A stretch of 16,131 nucleotides of DNA from Oligoflexus sp. (lineage in GTDB: Bacteria > Bdellovibrionota_B > Oligoflexia > Oligoflexales > Oligoflexaceae). The translations under genes were made by a program, and so were the position numbers. Positions 1-6,978 of this stretch are shown piece by piece. The stretch lies in NCBI GenBank assembly GCA_041736305.1, contig JBGSTX010000202.1, positions 1-16,131 on the forward strand, in the 5' to 3' direction. How positions within the stretch are numbered: the first letter of the stretch is position 1; each line of letters opens with the position of its first letter. The notes beneath the pieces were generated by a model. It was given only the letters and a program-made list of their open reading frames with translations. It searched no databases and was not told the origin of the DNA.

Positions 1-1037
1 TTACCAAACCAGCCATCATCCAGTACAAAACGCTCGGCTCCAACAGCGCCTGCTGCCTTCACAAGTGCGCTGAGACGTTCGGGTCGATGGTCGAAATAAA
101 CGGCTTCCCAGCTGTTAGCCAGTACCGGCCGGGGGTGTCTAGTCCACGAGGGCAGGATATGACGCCTGAGATAGGCGTGAAATCGCTGCGACATCAACTC
201 AAGTCCATGCGCTTGGGTCGCGATGAGCTGAGGCGTAGTATAGATTGCTCCAGGAGGCAGTTGCATCTCACCTGGATGAAAAAACTCACTGGCCTGGACA
301 TAAGCGCGACCATCGCTAAGGCGTTCGACTCTGATCCTATAGTTGCCGCTGCAGGCTAAATGAAGACCTAGAAGATGGCCGGAGACTTCGCCAAAATTTT
401 TTTCGCCTAAGATGCAGCCCGGAAAATGCTCAGGTCCTGAGCGACCTAGATGCTGTTCAATCACTAAGGCAGCAGCAGCGTGAAGCGTAACTCGTTCACT
501 TTGAAATTCACCGGCCCAGCGTCCCTGGAGGAGTAAAGCTTCGACGCAATGGGGCTCCAGTGGCAAAGTTGGACACGCGATCTGATCGAGAGTAAGCAGC
601 TGCTCACCGACATTCTTGATGCTGGTGCAGGCGTTTAGGACGTCTTCGGCTCCCGAGTAATCCAGGTGAAGGGTGAGTTCAATGCCTGCACGTGGGTCGG
701 CTAGATGAAACTTAAGATGCTCGGCCCCTTGCTCAACCCGGCGAAGCTCCAGACGCTGCGTGAATCCTCGCCCGTCTCTATGGAACTGTAGGGCTGCTGA
801 GCCACTAAATCCTCGGCTTTCCTCTGGACAGAGGGACAGGGGTGCTTCTTGCTCGAGGGAAGCGAAGCTGAGAGGACGTTCCCTCAGCAGACGTATGGCG
901 CTTAAGGGCGTGGCAGCTTCGAGTCGAGGACCCCAGTAGAGAAGTTCGGGAACCGCCTGGTCAATTGAAGCGAAGACCAGAGTACTAGCGGAGCCATCGA
1001 GACGAAAGTACTGTGCTTCTTCTCCTGCTTCCTTCAT
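1..1037 (-). CDS. Alpha-galactosidase, glycoside hydrolase family 36 (N-terminal part; 3' end beyond the window)
   Basis: Not in the ORF track; translated by hand. ATG at 1037 overlaps the permease stop (ATGA). The frame is open to the window edge: MKEAGEEAQYFRLDG...LLYWGPRL...GRWAGEF...RPVLANSWEAVYFDH...GAERFVLDDGWFG. NSWEAxYFD and FVLDDGWFG are GH36 signatures. Confidence 0.93.
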   Translation of the reverse strand, partial: MKEAGEEAQYFRLDGSASTLVFASIDQAVPELLYWGPRLEAATPLSAIRLLRERPLSFASLEQEAPLSLCPEESRGFSGSAALQFHRDGRGFTQRLELRRVEQGAEHLKFHLADPRAGIELTLHLDYSGAEDVLNACTSIKNVGEQLLTLDQIACPTLPLEPHCVEALLLQGRWAGEFQSERVTLHAAAALVIEQHLGRSGPEHFPGCILGEKNFGEVSGHLLGLHLACSGNYRIRVERLSDGRAYVQASEFFHPGEMQLPPGAIYTTPQLIATQAHGLELMSQRFHAYLRRHILPSWTRHPRPVLANSWEAVYFDHRPERLSALVKAAGAVGAERFVLDDGWFG

Positions 1038-1885
1038 CCCTTATTTGCTCCCAGAGTGAGGCCACTGACAAAGTGTTTTTGCATAAAAAAGAAAAGGAGA
1101 ACTGGTGGCAGAGCAGCCACAAGAGAAGCCGAACTGATCAACTGCCAGGAGGCTAACCATTGACCTTTCAGTGCGTTGAGCCCGGCGGTTATCGGTCGTA
1201 CTTTGTCGCTCTGCACGAGTATCAAAGACCAGAAGAAATCGTTCCACACAAAGGTAAAAACCAGCACGGCGACCGCAGCCAGTGCGGGTCGAATAAGCGG
1301 CAGTATGATCCGCGAAAAAATTATCCATTCTGATGCCCCCTCAACCCGCGCTGCTTCGATGAGAGAATTGGGCAAAAGAACGATAAAATTGCGCAAGAAA
1401 AGAGTGCAAAAACCGGTTTGAAAGGCAATGTGGAAAATGATCAGACCAAAGGTGCTGTCGTAAATGCCTAGGCGAATGGTCAGGTCCCGCACGGGGATCA
1501 TCAGAATTTGAAAAGGTACGAAGTTACCGGCAATAAACATGGCGAAGAGAGCGAGCTGACCAGGGAATTTGTACTTTGCCAGAGCAAATCCTGCCAGAGA
1601 AGCTACGGCGATGCATCCGATCACGCTGGGGACAACGATGAGCAGCGTATTGCCGAGATAGCGAAGCATCGGCGTACTGATGAAAATTTCTCGATAATTT
1701 TCCCAGCCTCTGAATTCGCTTGGCCATCCCCAATAGTTTCCCGCATTGATGTCGGCGATTGAACGGAAAGATGTCATCAGTACTGCGAGGAGTGGCAGGA
1801 GCCAAAGCAACAAGACGATCGGGAGAAGAATGAGATAGAGCCTACGAAGCAGGGGAGGAGACTTAGCAATCGGAGAAGGGTACAT
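1034..1885 (-). CDS. Carbohydrate ABC transporter permease (MalG/AraQ-like, CUT1)
   Basis: 283 aa with multiple TM segments, an EAA loop (LIEAARVEGASEWIIFSRIILP), WNDFFW and a C-terminal QKHFVSGLTLGANKG. Start overlaps the upstream stop (TGATG). Confidence 0.95.
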   Translation of the reverse strand: MYPSPIAKSPPLLRRLYLILLPIVLLLWLLPLLAVLMTSFRSIADINAGNYWGWPSEFRGWENYREIFISTPMLRYLGNTLLIVVPSVIGCIAVASLAGFALAKYKFPGQLALFAMFIAGNFVPFQILMIPVRDLTIRLGIYDSTFGLIIFHIAFQTGFCTLFLRNFIVLLPNSLIEAARVEGASEWIIFSRIILPLIRPALAAVAVLVFTFVWNDFFWSLILVQSDKVRPITAGLNALKGQWLASWQLISSASLVAALPPVLLFFFMQKHFVSGLTLGANKG

Positions 1886-2760
1886 CAGTGCGTCTCGTTT
1901 CTCAGCATGCGCCAGAGGAAAAAAGCTATGTAGACATTCATCAGCATGAAGAGGACGGTCGCTATCGCGGACCCATAACCCATGCGGAAATTGAAGATGC
2001 TCTGCTCATACATGAAGTAGGCAAGGACAGAACTTTGTCCATAGGGGCCGCCATCTGTCATGATCGCCAGTAAATCAAAGCTCCGCAGAGCCCCAATTAC
2101 TGTTACGACGACAGCCAGGAAAGTTGCTGGCCTGAGTTGAGGCAGAATTATGTGCCAGAAGAGGCGGAAGCCTGAAGCACGATCGATACGGGCGGCTTCG
2201 ATTTGGCTTTGGCTGAGTCCTGAGAGTCCGGCTAAGTAGATCATCATACAGTAGGCAGTCTGGGGCCATAAACCTGCCGCAATGATGCCGAAAGTCACCA
2301 AACTTTCATCGGCGAGAACAGCGATAGGCTCGAATCCTAAAGGTGCCAGGAGCGTATTGAGCAGGCCATAGCTGGGATCGTAGAACCAGGAAAAGACCAG
2401 GCCTACGACCACCTGAGAGATGACGAAGGGGAAGAAAAAAAGCGATTTAATCGCTTTCATCCCCCAAACTTTCTGATTGAGGAAGAGGGCGAGGAGCAGT
2501 CCGAGGACGGGGGCCACCATAAAGCAAACGAGCCAGTAGAAATTATTGCGCAAGGAAATCCAGAAGCGCTCATCCTGCCAGAGTTCACGATAGTTCGACC
2601 AAGCTACCCAGGTCTGGGGACCCATGCCATCCCAATCGTAAAAGCTCAAGATGAGACTTTGAATGATGGGATAGGCGATGAAGACCGCAAAAAGAATGAG
2701 GGCCGGAGCCATAAAGAGCCAAGGCGTCAGCTGCTTTTTAATCAGGCTCCGCGTTTGCAA
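1885..2760 (-). CDS. Carbohydrate ABC transporter permease (MalF/UgpA-like, CUT1)
   Basis: 291 aa with PWLFMAPALILF, an EAA loop (IEAARIDRAS), TDGGP and MGYGSAIA. TTG start preceded by AGAGGT on the minus strand. Confidence 0.95.
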   Translation of the reverse strand: MQTRSLIKKQLTPWLFMAPALILFAVFIAYPIIQSLILSFYDWDGMGPQTWVAWSNYRELWQDERFWISLRNNFYWLVCFMVAPVLGLLLALFLNQKVWGMKAIKSLFFFPFVISQVVVGLVFSWFYDPSYGLLNTLLAPLGFEPIAVLADESLVTFGIIAAGLWPQTAYCMMIYLAGLSGLSQSQIEAARIDRASGFRLFWHIILPQLRPATFLAVVVTVIGALRSFDLLAIMTDGGPYGQSSVLAYFMYEQSIFNFRMGYGSAIATVLFMLMNVYIAFFLWRMLRNETH

Positions 2761-2783
2761 ATCGACCTCTTATCCTCTGAGGT

Positions 2784-4199
2784 TTACCACCAGACTTCGC
2801 CCTGAACGCCATAGGTCGTTCCTCGGGTACTATCCGCATAAACAGGGTTATTGTCGGTGATGAGAAGATCACCTTTCTGAGCTTTGTTCCAGGCGACTTC
2901 AGTCACGTAGAAGCGGATCTGGGGTTTCGCTCCCTGACTTTTGCCAGGCCGTAAGACGACGCCCAAGGTCAGCTTTTGCATTTCCCTTCTGATCGACTCA
3001 GTGCTCGGGGTCACTCCTGGAGCAGCAGCAGCCAGAGGAAGGCCTTTATCGATCGCAGCATAAAAGAGGTCAGCATCGAGGGCCCAGATTTTCGAAAGGT
3101 AATAGGTCGGATGCGCGCCGACGGCGAGCGTGCTGCGATTTTCGGCTTCTTCGCCATCAGCAGCGAGAGCTCCGCCGAAGTCTACGAGAGTATAAGACAG
3201 GCCGAGATTCAAGCTGAAAGTCGGGCTGTTAGGAAAGAGGAGGAGATCGTTCGTCCAACGGATAGTGCTAGACTTCTCCCAAGCCTTGTTGGCCGCTTCG
3301 CCGCCTGCTTCAGTTTTGGCGATGCTGCCCATTGAAAACGCACTGAAAGTGGAACCAGTTTGTCCGCCAGCACCACCGGCACGTCCGCCGTGAAAGCCTG
3401 TTCCGTACTGCAGATAGCTAGAAAAGTAGCCTTGGTCGAGCGTGGTGGAATAGCGAAGATTGAGGGCATGGCCAGAAATCTTGAAGTAATCGTTTTCAGT
3501 CCCGGCGTTGGGCTTGCTACCCTTTTGGCTATAGATATAGCGTACGGCCCACTTGCCGCCGAGCGCTGCGAGGTCATGATACTGAACATCGCCGGCAACG
3601 TGCACAGGCTGGGTGCTGCCGTTTGTGTAGTGGCGCAACAAAGCGACGTTGAATTTTCCCGGACCTAGTTCGAGGTCTTCCATGCCGAAACCACTGCCGT
3701 TGTGGTTGACGATGAAAAAGTCCCACATTTCCTGATACCAGCGATCGTAGAAACGCTTACCTACCCAGACGGAGCTCGTGCCGCCGAAAACCCCTTCTCC
3801 TTCGACCCATGCTTCCCGGTAAGAGAGCGTGAGATCGCCTCGATCCGCTTCCTTAGCGCCGGCATCGTAGGTGGGTTCCCAGGTGTCATTTCCATCAGAT
3901 GAAAAAGCGATGTTGAGGTGAGCACGAAACTGAATATCTTCAGGCTTATAAGCCTTATGGATCATGAGCTCGCCGTAGTGGTCGCACTCGTTGCCGTAGC
4001 GAGGAATGATAGGTCCTGTCATTCGAAAGCAGGTACCCTTGGTTGAGCCCTCGCTGAAGTTGACCCCCGCACGGAAATAGGCATTCGACGTTACCGAATC
4101 ATCGGCCCAGGCAGATGATCCGAGTAGGCACAGACTCAGTCCCGCTACTACATTGCTCCAACGTTCAATATCAATCAAAGGTCTCGACTTCGCTTGCAT
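2784..4199 (-). CDS. lamB: LamB/maltoporin-family carbohydrate porin
   Basis: Signal peptide ending SSAWA. YFRAG, a Cys pair (GTCF...RYGNECDHYGE, cf. LamB RLGNECETYAE), WVGKRFY, PQIRFY and terminal YGVQGEVWW (cf. FGAQMEIWW). GGAGG SD before the ATG. The symbol denotes the family, not maltose specificity. Confidence 0.9.
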   Translation of the reverse strand: MQAKSRPLIDIERWSNVVAGLSLCLLGSSAWADDSVTSNAYFRAGVNFSEGSTKGTCFRMTGPIIPRYGNECDHYGELMIHKAYKPEDIQFRAHLNIAFSSDGNDTWEPTYDAGAKEADRGDLTLSYREAWVEGEGVFGGTSSVWVGKRFYDRWYQEMWDFFIVNHNGSGFGMEDLELGPGKFNVALLRHYTNGSTQPVHVAGDVQYHDLAALGGKWAVRYIYSQKGSKPNAGTENDYFKISGHALNLRYSTTLDQGYFSSYLQYGTGFHGGRAGGAGGQTGSTFSAFSMGSIAKTEAGGEAANKAWEKSSTIRWTNDLLLFPNSPTFSLNLGLSYTLVDFGGALAADGEEAENRSTLAVGAHPTYYLSKIWALDADLFYAAIDKGLPLAAAAPGVTPSTESIRREMQKLTLGVVLRPGKSQGAKPQIRFYVTEVAWNKAQKGDLLITDNNPVYADSTRGTTYGVQGEVWW

Positions 4200-4414
4200 G
4201 GACCCTCCGGCTTTCCAATACTATGTCTCAATAGTGGGCATTTACCCACCAATTTGTGAGAATTGCAGATGGGCATTCCTTAATCTGCCTGGATGAGAGA
4301 GTCAAGCCTGCAAAGATTTGAAATCGACCTCGATCGCGGAACTAATCAAAAAAGCTGGTTCCAATCGACTTGTCTGCTACTTTCGTGACATCCTCCGTTC
4401 TCTCTTCGCGCGTA

Positions 4415-5041
4415 TTAAAGCGCACGGCGTCGTCGTTCGCCAGCATGGCCGGTGATAGGGACGGTCTTAGAGCCGTTCGACGGTCGCGTGAAAGCAAGTT
4501 CTACGTAGGCGGGTCTTTTCTGAGATTTACTGAGAAGCGGAAATAGGAATAAGGCTTGACCCTGCGGTTTGAGAGTCTGGGGCCGAGGTTCCATGAGTTC
4601 GTCTCGGTTCTGCAGAGATCGGGCAGTGATCGCACTCAGAGTCGCTGCCAGAGGTAGAAGGAAAGCATCGAGCCGTCCACTACCGACCGCGCCCGGTCCA
4701 GCCAAAGGTCCTGTCAAACCGCTCGCATTGCGAGCTTTGATGCGCTTCTCGAGAGCAACTATGTCAGAGGGCTCGGGGATATGGAGAAAGGGATGCTCCT
4801 CAGGGATCCGAGGGGCAAAAACGATCTCCTGCACAGCGTCGCTTTTATTGCTCGCTTCGCAGCTGAGGAATATCCAGTCGGGCTCAAATGGCAGCTCATC
4901 AAAGCTGCAGGTGAGGCCTGTATAGCTGAGAGGATCGTCTGGATGGGGAGAGTCTGGATCAGTGACGCAGCTTCCTAAAATTGTGCAGAAAGAAAGCCAT
5001 CTAGCAATTCTCAAGAAGCGGAGTCTATCGGGTTTTTGCAT
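4415..5041 (-). CDS. Hypothetical lipoprotein
   Basis: 208 aa. Basic N-region, hydrophobic stretch and lipobox LGS-C (C25). AAAGG upstream. Fills the gap between lamB and the hemerythrin gene. No family recognised. Confidence 0.65.
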   Translation of the reverse strand: MQKPDRLRFLRIARWLSFCTILGSCVTDPDSPHPDDPLSYTGLTCSFDELPFEPDWIFLSCEASNKSDAVQEIVFAPRIPEEHPFLHIPEPSDIVALEKRIKARNASGLTGPLAGPGAVGSGRLDAFLLPLAATLSAITARSLQNRDELMEPRPQTLKPQGQALFLFPLLSKSQKRPAYVELAFTRPSNGSKTVPITGHAGERRRRAL

Positions 5042-5247
5042 AGGGCTATCAGCCTTTTTTAATATTGAAGCGTCCAGGGGCTGGCGTTAAGAAAAGGCAT
5101 AGCCATCCAAAGCCATTTCGTCAATCTTTCTATTGAGCTAGAGCTGAGCCATGGAAGTAACGGCTGGGTCAGAGCTTGCCTTTTTCGCTGATTTCGAGAC
5201 AATGCGCTGAGTGCTGTTCACGCCGCCCCCAACGGAGGAGTTTCAGT

Positions 5248-5718
5248 ATGGAAGCGACCGAAGGTCTTAAAGCCCAGCATCGCCTGGCCGAGCAACTCTT
5301 TGAAGAGATTGAACAGGCAAGTTCGCCTGACGCGAAGAGGCAGCTTATGCAGGAACTGGCCGATAAGCTCATGCTGCACATGGATCTCGAAGAAAACGTT
5401 TTCTATCCTGCCGTGTCAGAAGTCGATGAAGGTCAAGTGAAACACAGCTACGAGGAGCATGCGGACGTTAAGCCGATCTTAAGCCGCCTTTTGCAGATGC
5501 AAGGTGACGATCCAGAATTTTCCGTGCAACTGCAAAAAGCGAAAGAATTAGTCCAGCACCACGTACAAGAAGAAGAGCAGGAGCTCTTCCCGAAGTGCTT
5601 ACAAATTCTTGGCGAAGACGCAATGGAGGATCTCGGAGAGGAAATGGAAGAGTGGATCAAATCCTCCGTTACTGACAGCGATGATGCCGTCGCTCAAAGC
5701 ACAGAAATTATTCCCTGA
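5248..5718 (+). CDS. Hemerythrin / HHE cation-binding domain protein (156 aa)
   Basis: Start moved to ATG 5248, behind GGAGGAG at 5234-5240. Motifs QHRLAEQL, LHMDLEENVFYP, EEHADVK and HHVQEEEQELFP give two H...HxxxEE repeats. Confidence 0.9.
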   Translation: MEATEGLKAQHRLAEQLFEEIEQASSPDAKRQLMQELADKLMLHMDLEENVFYPAVSEVDEGQVKHSYEEHADVKPILSRLLQMQGDDPEFSVQLQKAKELVQHHVQEEEQELFPKCLQILGEDAMEDLGEEMEEWIKSSVTDSDDAVAQSTEIIP

Positions 5719-5730
5719 TCATCAACTCTC

Positions 5731-5770
5731 GGTCGGCCCAGCCTGCCTCTGAGGGCCGATCACTTTTTCT
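5731..5770 (+). terminator. Probable intrinsic terminator of the hemerythrin gene, at the convergent junction
   Basis: 9-bp stem GGTCGGCCC (5731-5739) / GGGCCGATC (5753-5761, one G-U pair), 13-nt loop, followed by ACTTTTTCTT. Confidence 0.6.
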
Positions 5771-6527
5771 TCACTCCAAAACCTATGTAGCCTAAAGCCA
5801 AGCTCCCGGTGAATCCAAAGCTGAATTCGGGGTGAACGCGGCGCTTCAAGAGCGAAGACCAGAAGGGCCAATGCAAAATATTGGGTTTGATGCCCCGGAA
5901 TGCTAGGCTTTCGAGCCCATTCTTGCTGCCCATTGCTTCGAGTTCCGAGGGTTTGATGAAGAGGTGCCAGACGTGGAAGTGCTTCGGGCTGTCTTTCGCC
6001 AAAAATTCGACCGCCTTGATCGCAAGAAAGCGAGCGATCTGCGTCCTATTGAAAGTATGGAAGAACACCAAACCTCCCGGTCGGACCATGCGGGCTGCCT
6101 CAGCTATGAGTTTTTCAGGGGCATCGACGTGCTCGAGCACATCGAGAAGCAGGGCCACATCATAGGTCCCACTGTCTTCACTTAGCTCCGTACCATCGCC
6201 TTTTTTATAGCGGACCTCGGCTCCCCTTGGAGCATATTTTTCAGCCACCGCCAGAGACGGCCCTGAGAGATCGATGCCGAGAACTTCATGTCCCGCAGCC
6301 GCTAGACCGTTGGCAATAAATCCAGCCCCACAGCCTATATCGATGATTTTCTGCTTGGTGCTCAGACCCTTTTGGGTAAGCACCTCCGAAACGTAGGCAA
6401 GTTTTAGTTTAGCTTCGGCTCGCAGAAGAGCGATGATGTGTTCATCGTCCTGATACCATCTTTCGCCGAGCTCATCGTAGAAATCATTGTTAACGGCCGG
6501 TTCCTGTCCCCAAGTTATCGCGCTCAT
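5760..6527 (-). CDS. UbiG-like SAM-dependent O-methyltransferase (255 aa)
   Basis: Start taken at ATG 6527 (MSAITW...), which is uncertain because the SD is weak. IIDIGCGAG (SAM motif I), DVLEHVDAP, FFHTFNRT and HVWHLFIKPSEL parallel UbiG (VLDVGCGGG, EMLEHVPDP, FFSTLNR, HDVKKFIKPAEL). Symbol withheld because the context suggests polyketide tailoring. Confidence 0.88.
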   Translation of the reverse strand: MSAITWGQEPAVNNDFYDELGERWYQDDEHIIALLRAEAKLKLAYVSEVLTQKGLSTKQKIIDIGCGAGFIANGLAAAGHEVLGIDLSGPSLAVAEKYAPRGAEVRYKKGDGTELSEDSGTYDVALLLDVLEHVDAPEKLIAEAARMVRPGGLVFFHTFNRTQIARFLAIKAVEFLAKDSPKHFHVWHLFIKPSELEAMGSKNGLESLAFRGIKPNILHWPFWSSLLKRRVHPEFSFGFTGSLALGYIGFGVKKK

Positions 6528-6963
6528 ATATATTCCAATAAAAATGTTGATAAACTCCCCAGCAGAAGACCAAAATCGGTAGGGCCTGCAGTAGGAAGGC
6601 ATCAGGTTTGAGATGCCAGAGCAAGCCGACGAGCAGCAAAATAGCTCCGTGCAGGATGAAGAGCAAGGAATGGCACCAGTGCTCCGCAGCTCCGCACGAA
6701 CGGCTGTGAATAGCTTCGTCCTTGGTGATGACAAGGGTCGACAGTCCAGCCATGACACAGTAGGCAAGAATATAGGGTTGCTCAAAAGAGGCGAGAGCCG
6801 GTATCAGGAGCGCTCCGAAAAAGACGCTCGTGTCGACCACATGCCCCCAGCGCTCGAAGCGACCCAGGCCGCGCCGACGATGAAAAATAAGCTCATCGAG
6901 AACCATCACTAGGCCCTGCAGGCCGGTGAGGGCGAACAGGAGAGTATTCAAGGCTTCAGCCAT
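6490..6963 (-). CDS. Small integral membrane protein (about 5 TM) with His/Glu/Asp-rich loops, function unknown
   Basis: 157 aa. Starts 15 nt after the PKS stop, with a GGGAGA SD. Hydrophobic segments alternate with DELIFHRRRGLGRFERWGH and DEAIHSRSCGAAEHWCH. Confidence 0.8.
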   Translation of the reverse strand: MAEALNTLLFALTGLQGLVMVLDELIFHRRRGLGRFERWGHVVDTSVFFGALLIPALASFEQPYILAYCVMAGLSTLVITKDEAIHSRSCGAAEHWCHSLLFILHGAILLLVGLLWHLKPDAFLLQALPILVFCWGVYQHFYWNIYERDNLGTGTGR

Positions 6964-6978
6964 TTTTCGTCTCCCAAC

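Noticed and set aside
87-359. Plus-strand 90-aa ORF and the many other short antisense or off-frame ORFs
   Set aside because: They are shadows of well-supported genes (here the GH36 gene) and show no motifs of their own.
4265-4297. GATGGGCATTCCT resembling the 5' part of a fluoride riboswitch
   Set aside because: The expected P1 pairing and pseudoknot partner are missing, and it points away from lamB with no gene to control on that strand.
5176-5247. TTG-started extension of the hemerythrin ORF
   Set aside because: A strong GGAGGAG precedes ATG 5248, and the domain starts there.
5760-6527. Calling the methyltransferase housekeeping ubiG of ubiquinone synthesis
   Set aside because: There are no other ubi genes nearby and it is coupled to a PKS operon. 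This cannot be settled without the whole genome.
6528-6785. 86-aa N-terminal extension of the methyltransferase in the ORF track
   Set aside because: It lies wholly within the membrane protein gene in another frame and is Ser/Cys-rich with no recognisable motif. UbiG similarity begins only after M at 6527.
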